Shown in pieces: positions 20,185 to 29,454 of a stretch of 64,000 bases of DNA. Origin of the DNA: an uncultured Clostridia bacterium (GTDB lineage Bacteria > Bacillota > Clostridia > Christensenellales > CAG-917); NCBI GenBank assembly GCA_947625145.1, contig CANQNC010000005.1, positions 2,965 to 66,964 of the forward strand. Reading direction: 5' to 3'. Made by a program: the position numbers and the translations under genes. Within the stretch, counting starts at the first letter, position 1, and each line of letters opens with the position of its first letter. The notes below the pieces were generated by a model, which worked only from the letters and a program-made list of their open reading frames with translations, was not told where the DNA came from and did no database searches.

Positions 20185-23145
20185 TTATTCGCTTCTGAGG
20201 GCGATCGCGGGATCCTTGTTTGCGGCGATCCTTGAGGGGATGAAGCCCGCAAACATGCTCAGCAACACGCTGATGGCAAGCATCATGAGGCACTCCCACC
20301 AGCTCAGCGCCATCAGCCCCTCTATGCCGAACACAAGTTTCAGCACCGCGCTTCCGATGACGGAGATTATCGCGGCGACGCCCACGCCGATCACGCCCGA
20401 ATAGCCGCCCAAAATTGCGGATTCGGCAATGAACACGCGCGAGATATCCTTCTTCCTTGCGCCGATAGAGCGCAGCACGCCGATCTCTTTCCGTCTTTCA
20501 AGCACGGACGTGTAGATGATGATTGCGATCATGATGGTGGACACAATGAGGGATATCGCGGCAAAGGCTATCAAAACGCCCGTGATGGTGGTCACCATTG
20601 TGTCTATGAATGTCATCATCGAGGACAAACTGTCGCTGTACTTGATCTGCTTTTCCTTGTTTTCCTTGTTTTCGGGGAGCGCATTGTAGTCGGCTATGAA
20701 TTTTTCCACGCCTGCCTTCGAGTCGAAGGAAGAGCAATAAAACTCTATGACCTGCGGATAGTCCACGTCCGCGTAGCCGAGGGCGCGCAAGACGGAGACG
20801 TGGCTGTTTTGTTTTTCCTTGTCCACTGTGTCTATCTCGTCCCCGACCGACACCATTGGCTGGCCGCTTCCGTCGGGATTGGAGTAGTATGTGATGACGC
20901 TTCTGTAGTTGCCGTCCTCATAGCCGTCCTCGTACAGTTGCATCATCTTCTGCACCGCGGGATGCTTCAAAACGTATTGCATAAGGTACGGCGTAAGTTT
21001 TGGAGAATAGCCGATGAGGCCCGTGATTGACGTCGCCACCGCGCCCGGCTTGGGACGCACGACGCCCGAAACTCTCAACTCGTTCGTTCCGTCCGAAAAC
21101 TCTATCTTCGACAGTTTGTCTATCGTGTCCACGTCCTGTTCGGTGCGCGGATGCATGACGTACGTGCCGGGGGCGGCGGGATCCTCTTCAAGATAGTCAA
21201 CGCCCATCATCACTTTGTATCTCAGTCCCAAAACCTCTTCGAGGTCGTACTCCTTTGCGGAGAACACGTCCCCGTTGCCGATCGCGTTCATGACCTCGCT
21301 TTGCGATTGCAAGCCGAGCATAAACAGCTGATAGTCTATGAGGCGATTGTATTGGTCAACAACAATGACGACCTCGTTTTCACTTTGCGGCCATCTCGAA
21401 CGCTTGCCCACAAGTTCGTACTGATCGTTGAGCAACTTTTGATTTGAACTCAGTTCGGACCACGCGCCGCCGCTCATCATGTTCGCCATATATCCTATCG
21501 CCTGTTCAAAGGTCATCTCCTGTCCGAACAGGTTCAACTTCATATCCTTGAAGACGCTCAGATCTCCCGTAAACACGTCGTCGATGACCTTTGCCATGGT
21601 TTCGGTGTAAGGATTGATCTTCATGTAGATGCTTTGATCTTTCTTGTCCCGCACATAGGCGTTGAAGTTTACGCCATAGCCGTATCTCACCGTAGCGAGA
21701 GAGTCGTCGAAATTGGCGTCGACATATTGTTTTAAGGCGTGCAGATCGTTTTCGCCGCTGCTTGCCGACTCCAAAAACTCAGTGATCGCGTTGCCCAAGA
21801 CCTCTTGCACGGTGATCGTGTCGTCGCTTACTTTGTCGGGCTTCACGTTCATGGCGGACATGAGCGTGGTCAAAACGGACTCTATGTCCATTGAGTTTTG
21901 ATTGACAGAGATGGGATAGTTTGACAGCGCGCTCTCCTCAAGCGTGTTGATGTATATGCTCGCGCCGTTTGAAAGGGACAGCACCAAGATGATGCCGATT
22001 ATGCCTATGCTTCCCGCAATGGACGTCAAAATCGTCCTGCCCTTTTTGCTGATGAGGTTGTTCCAACTGAGGTTGATCGCGGTGCCCAGCTTCATTGCGG
22101 ATTTGTCCGCTTTGCGGTATTTTGCCATCTTCGCCTTGAGTTTCGCCACAAACCGATCGAACTTGCTTTCCTTCTTTTGGGCCGCCTTCTTCCTCGCAAG
22201 CTGCTGTTGTTCGGGCGTCTCTTGCGCGATTTGCTCTTCGCCTTCAAGCATTTCGACCTTCACGGCTTCTGTGGCTTCTTCCTCCACCGCTTCCGCTTCG
22301 GAGGCGTTTTCCTCAAGCGTGGCGGCTTCGGGAGCTTCCGACTTTTCAACTTCGGGAGTTTCTTCCGCGATCATTTCGGTTTCGACCGTTTCGGCTTCCG
22401 CCTTCACGACTTCGTCTTCTTCATCCAACAGAAGCGGCGCTTCTTCCGCCTCGCGCTCCGCGTTGCTGTCGTAGGGCATTGTGTCTCCCTCCACCGCGCC
22501 GTCCTTCAAGTACACGATACGTGTGCTGTATTGTTCCGCAAGCGTGGGATTGTGCGTGACCATGATGACAAGCCTGTCCTCCGCCACTTCTTTGAGCAGA
22601 TCCATGACCTGAATGCCCGACTCGCTGTCCAACGCGCCCGTGGGTTCGTCCGCCAAAATGATCTCGGGATTGTTGACCAAAGCGCGCGCGATCGCGACCC
22701 TCTGCATCTGTCCGCCCGAAAGCTGATTGGGCTTTTTGCCCGCCTGCGAGGCAAGCCCGACTTTTTCAAGCGCCTCCAAGGCGCGACGGCGCCTTTCCTC
22801 CCTCTCCACGCCCGCAAGAGTGAGGCTCATTGCGACGTTTTTCAAGATGTTCATGTGCGGGATGAGGTTGTAGGACTGAAAGACGAAGCCTATCTTGCGA
22901 TTGCGGTAGGTGTCCCAATCCACGTCGTCGTACTGTTTGGTGGAAACTCCGTCCACTTGGATGTCCCCCGACGTATAGCGATCCAACCCGCCGATTATGT
23001 TGAGCAGGGTGGTCTTTCCGCAACCGCTGGGGCCGAGTATGGAAACAAATTCGTTTTTCCTGAATTCAATAGAAACGTCTTTGAGCGCAAGGATGCTCTC
23101 CTGATCCACCTTGTACTCTTTGAATATATTCAAAAGCCTGAGCAT
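20185..23145 (-). CDS. fused ABC transporter ATPase / FtsX-MacB-type permease with a long acidic linker
   Basis: The start [11 protein letters not shown] has a GGGAGAG Shine-Dalgarno. [24 protein letters not shown] and [11 protein letters not shown] are all intact. A Glu/Ala-rich linker, one transmembrane helix, a large extracytoplasmic domain and a C-terminal FtsX-like three-helix bundle follow. Confidence 0.85.
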   Translation of the reverse strand: MLRLLNIFKEYKVDQESILALKDVSIEFRKNEFVSILGPSGCGKTTLLNIIGGLDRYTSGDIQVDGVSTKQYDDVDWDTYRNRKIGFVFQSYNLIPHMNILKNVAMSLTLAGVEREERRRRALEALEKVGLASQAGKKPNQLSGGQMQRVAIARALVNNPEIILADEPTGALDSESGIQVMDLLKEVAEDRLVIMVTHNPTLAEQYSTRIVYLKDGAVEGDTMPYDSNAEREAEEAPLLLDEEDEVVKAEAETVETEMIAEETPEVEKSEAPEAATLEENASEAEAVEEEATEAVKVEMLEGEEQIAQETPEQQQLARKKAAQKKESKFDRFVAKLKAKMAKYRKADKSAMKLGTAINLSWNNLISKKGRTILTSIAGSIGIIGIILVLSLSNGASIYINTLEESALSNYPISVNQNSMDIESVLTTLMSAMNVKPDKVSDDTITVQEVLGNAITEFLESASSGENDLHALKQYVDANFDDSLATVRYGYGVNFNAYVRDKKDQSIYMKINPYTETMAKVIDDVFTGDLSVFKDMKLNLFGQEMTFEQAIGYMANMMSGGAWSELSSNQKLLNDQYELVGKRSRWPQSENEVVIVVDQYNRLIDYQLFMLGLQSQSEVMNAIGNGDVFSAKEYDLEEVLGLRYKVMMGVDYLEEDPAAPGTYVMHPRTEQDVDTIDKLSKIEFSDGTNELRVSGVVRPKPGAVATSITGLIGYSPKLTPYLMQYVLKHPAVQKMMQLYEDGYEDGNYRSVITYYSNPDGSGQPMVSVGDEIDTVDKEKQNSHVSVLRALGYADVDYPQVIEFYCSSFDSKAGVEKFIADYNALPENKENKEKQIKYSDSLSSMMTFIDTMVTTITGVLIAFAAISLIVSTIMIAIIIYTSVLERRKEIGVLRSIGARKKDISRVFIAESAILGGYSGVIGVGVAAIISVIGSAVLKLVFGIEGLMALSWWECLMMLAISVLLSMFAGFIPSRIAANKDPAIALRSE

Positions 23146-23615
23146 ATGAGGCTCTCCCAAATCTATGTATTTGGCGTATTTCGGAGCTGCTTGCCGCCAA
23201 CGCCATAAAGCGGCGCTCCCGAAGTCAGCCACATACCCTGCCCGCCGCGGCGCCATCTGCGGCGCCTTCCGCGACCGAAACTTGCAAAGCAAGGTCAAGC
23301 CAAACTCCATATATATCGTCTTATTCCGTCCGCGACTTTGCGGGGAAAATATCTTCAAGCATAATAGATTATATCACACAATTTCCCATTTGAACAGCGT
23401 TTCGGCAAAAAAAGCGATTTCCTTAAAAATTGGCAATACAAAAAATGATTTTTGTATTGTTATTTTTCCGAAAATCATCAAAAAAGATTCAAAAACAGGT
23501 GATTTTCCGCCGAAAAATCGTGTACACGAAAAGTGTTTTTTCGACTTTTTACGACAAAAATCACACGTATCGTGTTTTATACAATTATACAGCCGAGATT
23601 TTGCGATTTCAACAA

Positions 23616-24356
23616 CTATTTACCACAGGAACACGTTGCGTGTTTTATGACCGCGGTTATTTCCGCCTTTTGCTCTTCCGTCAGACGGCGGCTGTCCCTT
23701 GCCTTTTGCGCCGTGCGCATGAGGGTCTCCTTGCGCATATCCCCTCTTGCGACAAACTCCAGCGCGGCGGAATACTGTTTGACAAGCGCTTCGCAAAAAT
23801 ACCACGCCACGGACATGGACACATAGTATTGCCCGTCGTCCGCGCTTGAGACAAGCTCAAAGTGTTCGGGGCGAAACAGGGATCTCAGGAAAAACTTCAT
23901 CAGCATGTTCACCCCTATGCGCTTTGTGTAAAGCCGATCGCTTTTCAGCCAATCTCTCACGACATCCTCGTAATCTGCGGGCGACTTCTTTATGCAAGCG
24001 GGGCAAAACGAGTCCGCGACCGCCCAATTGTCCACGTACGGCAAAAACTTCTCTATCCTCTCTCTGTCAAATTGTTTGAGATAGGACAGCACAAGCCCTT
24101 GCAACATGTTTTCCTCGTGATACGTATGCGGCAGGCTGTTCAAAAACTCCGCGCAAAGCGGGGACATCTCCCCCTCTTCCGCGCTGCCCGCGTCAAAAGG
24201 AAAGGCGCCGACCACAAGCGCCTTTGCAAGCCTTCTGAGCTTGGGAATCTCGATCCCCAACACCTCTTCCTTCAAGTCGGGCAAGAGAGAGGAACCGAAC
24301 TTTGCAAGCTCTTCGTCCCTCAAAGATATCAAAACGTCTTTCACGATATCAGTCAT
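23616..24356 (-). CDS. DNA alkylation repair protein (AlkC/AlkD-like HEAT-repeat family)
   Basis: 246 aa whose pattern (VDNWAVADSF...YYVSMSVAWYFCEAL...QKARDSRRLTEEQK) resembles the DNA_alkylation family. The assignment is from memory of that family, not a search. Confidence 0.6.
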   Translation of the reverse strand: MTDIVKDVLISLRDEELAKFGSSLLPDLKEEVLGIEIPKLRRLAKALVVGAFPFDAGSAEEGEMSPLCAEFLNSLPHTYHEENMLQGLVLSYLKQFDRERIEKFLPYVDNWAVADSFCPACIKKSPADYEDVVRDWLKSDRLYTKRIGVNMLMKFFLRSLFRPEHFELVSSADDGQYYVSMSVAWYFCEALVKQYSAALEFVARGDMRKETLMRTAQKARDSRRLTEEQKAEITAVIKHATCSCGK

Positions 24357-24394
24357 ACTCTCTTAAATCTTCCTATCCACAACTTTCTTCCCTA

Positions 24395-24520
24395 AACTTC
24401 CGTTAGCAACATATGTTCCGCAACATGAGCTCCGCAACTTCCGCTCTGTAACATATGTTCCTCAACTTATGCTCTGAGACTTCTTCTCTGAAACTTGTAC
24501 TACGCAATTTGAAGTTTTCG
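24395..24520. repeat. degenerate tandem repeat of about 41-42 bp (about 3 units) carrying two copies of AACATATGTTCC
   Basis: AACATATGTT, a perfect 10-bp palindrome, occurs at 24408-24417 and 24450-24459. AACTTCCG occurs at 24395 and 24436. Confidence 0.8.
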
Positions 24521-24525
24521 GCATT

Positions 24526-24990
24526 CTAATCGTCCAAAATTTCGCCGCAATAGGCAAGCAATCCGTCTATGCCGCGGCAGATGTCCGAATATGCCGCGTG
24601 AAAGTCCCCCGTCCACCACGGGTCCGCGATGTCCGAGGGGGATTCGGTGAAGTCGAGCAAGCGCTTGACCTTGCCATCGGGGTCGCCTTGAAATATCCTG
24701 CGCATCGCCGCGAGGTTTGAACTCTCCATGCCCACAAACATATCATAGAGGGCATAGTCCTCTTTCGTCAGCTTTGTCGCAAAGTGCGGCAGGATATTCA
24801 CTCCCTCCTGCCTCAGCTTCCTCGCCGCGGGCGGATAGATGGGGTTGCCCTCTTCCTCCGAGGACGTCCCCGCCGAGCCGACCTTGATCTTGCCATCAAG
24901 CCCAAGCGTCCGCACCCTCTGCGCCATTATGCATTCCGCCATGGGCGAGCGGCATATGTTGCCCAGACACACAAACATGATCTTCAGCAT
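24526..24990 (-). CDS. low-molecular-weight protein-tyrosine phosphatase
   Basis: It starts MLKIMFVCLGNICRSPMAE (CX5R(S/T) P-loop) and has a DP motif near the C-terminus. Confidence 0.85.
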   Translation of the reverse strand: MLKIMFVCLGNICRSPMAECIMAQRVRTLGLDGKIKVGSAGTSSEEEGNPIYPPAARKLRQEGVNILPHFATKLTKEDYALYDMFVGMESSNLAAMRRIFQGDPDGKVKRLLDFTESPSDIADPWWTGDFHAAYSDICRGIDGLLAYCGEILDD

Positions 24991-24991
24991 G

Positions 24992-25435
24992 TCAGACCTC
25001 CAACACAAAGGACAGCGGGCCGTCCTGTTGCTGTTCGATGAACATGTGCGCGCCGAACACCCCGTTTTTGACGATTATTCCCTCCTCGCGCAATTTTTCC
25101 GTCACGCGCAGATAGAGGAAGTTTGCGCGTTCGGGAAGTTCCGCATTGCCGAAGTCGGGACGATTGCCGCTTCCTCTGCCCAACTTCCCCGCAAGCGAAA
25201 ATTGCGAAACAAGCAAGATCTCCCCTCCCGCCTGCGTGACGGACAGGTTCATCTTGCCGTTGTCGTCCCTGAATATCCTGAGCCTCGCCAACTTGCGCGC
25301 GAGATAGTCCGCTTGCTCTTCGGAATCCCCTTTTTCCACGCCAAGGAAAACGGTCAAGCCCATGGGTATCTCGCTGACGAGTTTGTCGTCTACATACAGT
25401 TTGGACGCGAACGTCCTTTGAACAAGCGCTCTCAT
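24992..25435 (-). CDS. dtd: D-aminoacyl-tRNA deacylase
   Basis: It starts MRALVQR and contains SQFSLAG and a Dtd-like C-terminus. The start overlaps the upstream gene's stop. Confidence 0.85.
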   Translation of the reverse strand: MRALVQRTFASKLYVDDKLVSEIPMGLTVFLGVEKGDSEEQADYLARKLARLRIFRDDNGKMNLSVTQAGGEILLVSQFSLAGKLGRGSGNRPDFGNAELPERANFLYLRVTEKLREEGIIVKNGVFGAHMFIEQQQDGPLSFVLEV

Positions 25436-26586
25436 ATATCCTCCTCGCGTTTGGGCTTTTCTGCCAAATATCTGAAAAAGTTGCACTCAAGCTCGCTGTT
25501 GTACATTTTGCGCGTTTTGTCCGCCCGTCTGCCGAAGCACTTTTCGAAGCCTTTGTAGGCGGAGATCGCGTAAACGCTCCAATTGTCAAGCGCCGCGCAC
25601 ATTCTGCCGAAGTCCGCGTACAGCGCGCGAAGCTGTTTTTCGTCCATCAGCCTCTCGCCGTAGGGCGGGTTTGTGACGATCACGCCGTAGCTTCGCTTTG
25701 GCGAGAAGTCCCGCATGTCCGCCTGCTCCAAGCGTATCTTTTTGTCCACTCCCGCGCGACGGGAGTGAAGAGTGGCAAGTTTGATTGCCTCTGGGTCTAT
25801 GTCGCAGCCGTAGATGTCCACCTTTGCGTTTGGCGTCTCCAAGTCCAAAGCCTCTTGCCGCACGCGTGCGCCGAGCTTTGGCGCAAGCGAGAAGTCCTCG
25901 CACGCAAATTTTCTGTTTTTGCCGCTTGCGATGTTCAGCCCTATGAGCGCCGCCTCGATGGCTATGGTCCCCGAGCCGCAAAACGGATCCGCAAACGGGC
26001 GTTCGCCCTTCCACACGCTGAGCAACAGCATTGCGCTTGCAAGGGTCTCGCGTATGGGCGCGGCGCCGAGATACGTGCGATAGCCGCGCTTGTGCAGGGC
26101 GTCTCCCGAACAGTCCAGCGCGAGCGTGAGGTCGTCGTCAACGAGGGACGCCTCGAAGGAATATTCCTCTCCGCACTCGGGCAGAGAGGACAGCCCGTAC
26201 GCCTCTCGCGTCGAGTCCACGATCGCCTTTTTCACGACGGATTGTATCGCGCTCAGCGCAAACAACTTGCTGCCCTTGGATTTTGCGTTGACGACGATCC
26301 TGCCCTCCTTTGGCAAAATATCGGAAAATCGTATCCCCCTTACGCCGTCATACAGCATATCGAAAGTTTCCGCCTTGAAGCGGGCGATCACGACGCGCAC
26401 TCTCTCCGCCGCGCGCAAAAACATGTTGGCTCTCAGCACGTCCGAAAAGTCCCCGTCGAAACAGATCCTGCCGTTCACCGCGCCCGCGGGCTCGTAGCCG
26501 AGCGCGCGCAGTTCCCTCTTCACGACCGCCTCTATTCCGCTTGCCGCCGCGACCTCTATGATAAGTCTGCCGTCAAAAAAACTCAT
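25432..26586 (-). CDS. THUMP-domain class I SAM-dependent RNA methyltransferase (RlmL/YpsC-like)
   Basis: 384 aa with an N-terminal THUMP-like region, DPFCGSGTI and the NPPYGERL catalytic motif. Confidence 0.8.
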   Translation of the reverse strand: MSFFDGRLIIEVAAASGIEAVVKRELRALGYEPAGAVNGRICFDGDFSDVLRANMFLRAAERVRVVIARFKAETFDMLYDGVRGIRFSDILPKEGRIVVNAKSKGSKLFALSAIQSVVKKAIVDSTREAYGLSSLPECGEEYSFEASLVDDDLTLALDCSGDALHKRGYRTYLGAAPIRETLASAMLLLSVWKGERPFADPFCGSGTIAIEAALIGLNIASGKNRKFACEDFSLAPKLGARVRQEALDLETPNAKVDIYGCDIDPEAIKLATLHSRRAGVDKKIRLEQADMRDFSPKRSYGVIVTNPPYGERLMDEKQLRALYADFGRMCAALDNWSVYAISAYKGFEKCFGRRADKTRKMYNSELECNFFRYLAEKPKREEDI

Positions 26587-26784
26587 ATCATAAGCATACT
26601 ACCCGCCGCGGATTTCGTCAACTTCAAGCGTCATCATCAAAAAAATATATATGCCAAATGGGAAACGACAAAAACCCGCAAAATTCGCAAAACGGGATTT
26701 CTTACGCGCAAAACAAGCGTGTAAAAGTCGGATTTGAAAATTTAAGACAAAATTTCGGACAACCCGATTTTTGTTTATATTTCA

Positions 26785-26832
26785 AAAAAGCGGACGCGTC
26801 CGCTTTCCTTCAAAAGGCGAAGTCCGCCTTTT
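26785..26832 (-). terminator. tandem hairpins terminating the DivIVA-domain gene
   Basis: The minus strand reads AAAAGGCGGACTTCGCCTTTTG followed by AAAGCGGACGCGTCCGCTTTTTTG. Confidence 0.7.
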
Positions 26833-26873
26833 CAAACCGCATAAGTTTACATTTTCAAACCGCAAAAGCGCGG

Positions 26874-27539
26874 TCAATCCAGCGCTTTGAGTCCAAGCGC
26901 GCGGCATATCTCGGCCAAGCTCTCCTTTGGATGGAGCGCCTCTTCAAAGGAGAACGCCGCCGAGGATCCCGCCGCTTTCAATTTCTCTCTCAGCTCCGCC
27001 GCCTCGGGCGCGTCTGTCGGAGAGGGCGCGCGAGTTGAGGATGTCAGCCTGTCCACCTCGCTTTTGAAATACTCCTCCATCTCGTCGACGTCGTCTCCTT
27101 TTGCAAGCGAAAAGTCCTGCGACAGGAGCTTGCCAAGTTCCATTTCCACGGACACCGCCACGCTTTCCATGTTGAGCGCGTCCTTGTCGAAGCGATATCT
27201 CTCTTTCAGCTGTTCGTACGCGCCCGTCCACTTCGCGCGGAAAAGGCGAAGGCGATCCAGCTCTATGGCGTATCTCGCCTTGACGTCCTCGGTCAGCCTG
27301 TCCGCGTTGCGCGTTGCGGTGATGAGCGCCTGTTTGATCTGTTCCTCTCTGCCTTTGAGTTCGTTCAGCTGTTCTTCCTGCTTGGCGCACTGCTCTTTGA
27401 GCGCCGCGATACGCTCGCGTTGCGCAAGTTGGACGTCCTCAGCGCGAGCGCGCTCTGTCGCGATATAGCTTTCCACTTCGTCAACGTCGTATCCTCTTCT
27501 GCTCAGCTTAAATCTGACTGCCCTAGATTTCATGATCAC
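26874..27539 (-). CDS. DivIVA-domain protein
   Basis: 221 aa with an N-terminal F-x-x-x-RGYDVDEVESYI DivIVA motif followed by coiled-coil-like sequence. Confidence 0.75.
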   Translation of the reverse strand: MIMKSRAVRFKLSRRGYDVDEVESYIATERARAEDVQLAQRERIAALKEQCAKQEEQLNELKGREEQIKQALITATRNADRLTEDVKARYAIELDRLRLFRAKWTGAYEQLKERYRFDKDALNMESVAVSVEMELGKLLSQDFSLAKGDDVDEMEEYFKSEVDRLTSSTRAPSPTDAPEAAELREKLKAAGSSAAFSFEEALHPKESLAEICRALGLKALD

Positions 27540-27631
27540 CTCTCGACATTTCGATTATGACATCCAAAACGCGAGGCGGCGCAACGAAAAACCGCTATAT
27601 ATGCCCCGTTTTGTAGAAACATAGCAATTTC

Positions 27632-28936
27632 CTATCTGAAAAACGCCGCGTATATCGCATTGATCGCCTTTTCGTAGTCGAAGGTGTCCACGCCCACGAT
27701 TATGTTCAGCTCGGACGAGCCTTGATCTATCATCCTGACGTTGATATGCTTCGCCGCAAGCGCGTCGAACAGCCTCGCCGCGGTGCCCATTCGCGCCGCC
27801 ATACAGTGCCCCACTGTGGCGATCAAGGAAAGTCCGCTGTGTATCTCCACGCTGTCGGGCTCCACCGCCTCTTGCAGCTCGGACACGAGTATGGGCAACT
27901 TGTCGGCAAGTGTGTCGTCGCGTATCACGACGGACAGCGTGTCTATGCCGGACGGCATATGTTCGAAGGATATCCCGTCGTCCTCGAGCACTCCGAGCAC
28001 CCGCCGCCCGAAACCTATTTCGGAATTCATCATCTCCTTTTCGATGTTGATGATGGTGAACCCTTTTTTGCCAGCTATCCCAGTGACGGGGCGAGAGTCG
28101 CGCGGAAGCATGCCTTCGTCAACGATCAGCGTCCCCGCGCAGTCGGGATTGAAAGTGTTGCGGATGTTGATGGGTATGCCCGCCGAACGCACGGGATATA
28201 TCGCCTCGGGATGAAGCACCTGCGCCCCCATATAGCTCAGCTCCCTCAACTCCTTATAGCTCAGCCATTCTATGCGCGCGGGGTCCGCGACTATGCGGGG
28301 ATCCGCGGACAAAAAGCCGTCCACGTCCGTCCAATTTTCGTAGACGTCCGCCTGCATGGCGCGCGCCACGATCGCCCCCGTGATGTCCGAGCCTCCGCGC
28401 GAAAAAGTGCGTATCCGCCCGCTTTCGTCCGCGCCGTAGAAGCCGGGGATAACCGCGCGTTCCACTCCCGCAAGCCTTGCGCGGATGAGGGAGATGGACT
28501 TGTCGAGCAACAGCTCGCCGCCCTCGTCAAAGCGTATCAGCCCGTCCGAGTCCACAAACTCCGCGCCCAGCCTCCTCGCAAGCAGATACGCGGAAAGATA
28601 TTCCCCTCGCGAGGCGGCAAACTCCGCCGAATCCGAATGTCTGCCTATGTCTCTTCGCGTTTCGGACAGCAAGCCGTCTATGTCCACGCTCAGCCCCAGA
28701 TCCTCCGCGACCTGCCTGAAACTGTCCGCAATGGGCTTGAACGCCTCGTTGTTTTCCGAGCTGTCCTTCAACTTGAAATATCTGTACAGCGCGTCCGTGA
28801 CCTTGAAGTCCCCGTCCTTCCGCTTGCCGGGCGCGGAGACCACGACAAATCTTCTGTCCGCGTCCGCTTCTGCAATTTTGACCACCCTCTTTATGCCGCC
28901 CGCCATAGAGGTGCCGCCGAATTTACATACCTTCAT
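27632..28936 (-). CDS. lysC: aspartate kinase
   Basis: 434 aa with MKVCKFGGTS, VVVSAPG and C-terminal ACT-like repeats. Confidence 0.85.
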   Translation of the reverse strand: MKVCKFGGTSMAGGIKRVVKIAEADADRRFVVVSAPGKRKDGDFKVTDALYRYFKLKDSSENNEAFKPIADSFRQVAEDLGLSVDIDGLLSETRRDIGRHSDSAEFAASRGEYLSAYLLARRLGAEFVDSDGLIRFDEGGELLLDKSISLIRARLAGVERAVIPGFYGADESGRIRTFSRGGSDITGAIVARAMQADVYENWTDVDGFLSADPRIVADPARIEWLSYKELRELSYMGAQVLHPEAIYPVRSAGIPINIRNTFNPDCAGTLIVDEGMLPRDSRPVTGIAGKKGFTIINIEKEMMNSEIGFGRRVLGVLEDDGISFEHMPSGIDTLSVVIRDDTLADKLPILVSELQEAVEPDSVEIHSGLSLIATVGHCMAARMGTAARLFDALAAKHINVRMIDQGSSELNIIVGVDTFDYEKAINAIYAAFFR

Positions 28937-29004
28937 GACCTACTCCAAACAAGTTCCTCACTTCATTTTATTATTCTTAAACGCCCGTCCGACACAGCAA
29001 ATCG

Positions 29005-29262
29005 AAATATGCGCGGACGGAAAGTATGCGCGCGGACAGACAAAAGCAATGATATGTTTGGAAAAAGAAAGAATATGTGCAGAAAGAAAAGCTCTGTGCG
29101 GAAAAATAAAGGATAAGTGCAGACAAAAAAGATTTTGGGACAAAACATGGATATGTGAGCACAAAACAAGGATATTGCATAAAAAGGCGAGGAGGCATAC
29201 AAAATGCCCTTGCGCATGAAAAGTGCGGAAGCTCATACTTACGCGGACAAAAACATAGCAGC
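29005..29262. repeat. array of about 12-13 degenerate direct repeats, period about 19-20 bp
   Basis: Plus-strand units include ATATGCGCGGAC, TATGCGCGCGGACAGACAAAAG, ATATGTTTGGAAAAAG, ATATGTGCAGAAAGAAAAG, CTGTGCGGAAAAATAAAG, AAGTGCAGACAAAAAAG, TTGGGACAAAAC, ATATGTGAGCACAAAAC, ATTGCATAAAAAGG and ACGCGGACAAAAAC. Confidence 0.8.
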
Positions 29263-29321
29263 AATAAATCATTCTTGCACGAAGCGTTTGAAGCGCATGC
29301 TTGAAAAGGAAAAAATCGGCA

Positions 29322-29347
29322 AGAAAAAGCCGAGCGCAACGCTCGGC
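29322..29347 (-). terminator. intrinsic terminator after the ThiT-like gene
   Basis: The minus strand reads GCCGAGCGTTGCGCTCGGCTTTTTCTT, an 8-bp stem followed by a T-run. Confidence 0.8.
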
Positions 29348-29454
29348 TCTTTGCAAATTTCAAATTGTTTTCGTAGATATATCCCTCGTCTTTTTCGCCC
29401 GCGGAGCCGTGTTCGGACTCGTGGGGACTTCGGACTGTTCGGATAGCGCTACGT

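Noticed and set aside
29005-29262. Possibility that the repeat arrays (here, 50281-50737 and 58324-58830) are CRISPR arrays.
   Set aside because: The repeats are degenerate rather than near-identical. Here there are no unique spacers between units. In the other two arrays the units are 165 bp and about 230 bp, far longer than CRISPR repeats. No cas genes are in the window.
28937-29330. Lysine riboswitch (L-box) or T-box upstream of lysC; also checked upstream of asd at 62357-62529.
   Set aside because: I could not find the conserved L-box or T-box elements on the coding strand. The lysC region is dominated by the periodic repeat, and the asd leader is too short. A covariance-model scan would be needed for a definitive answer.
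28958-29363. Three overlapping minus-strand ORFs of 84-132 aa in the lysC upstream region.
   Set aside because: They are generated by the T-rich periodic repeat (Phe/Leu/Cys/Ser-rich products) and overlap one another in different frames. None has a Shine-Dalgarno sequence or a plausible fold.
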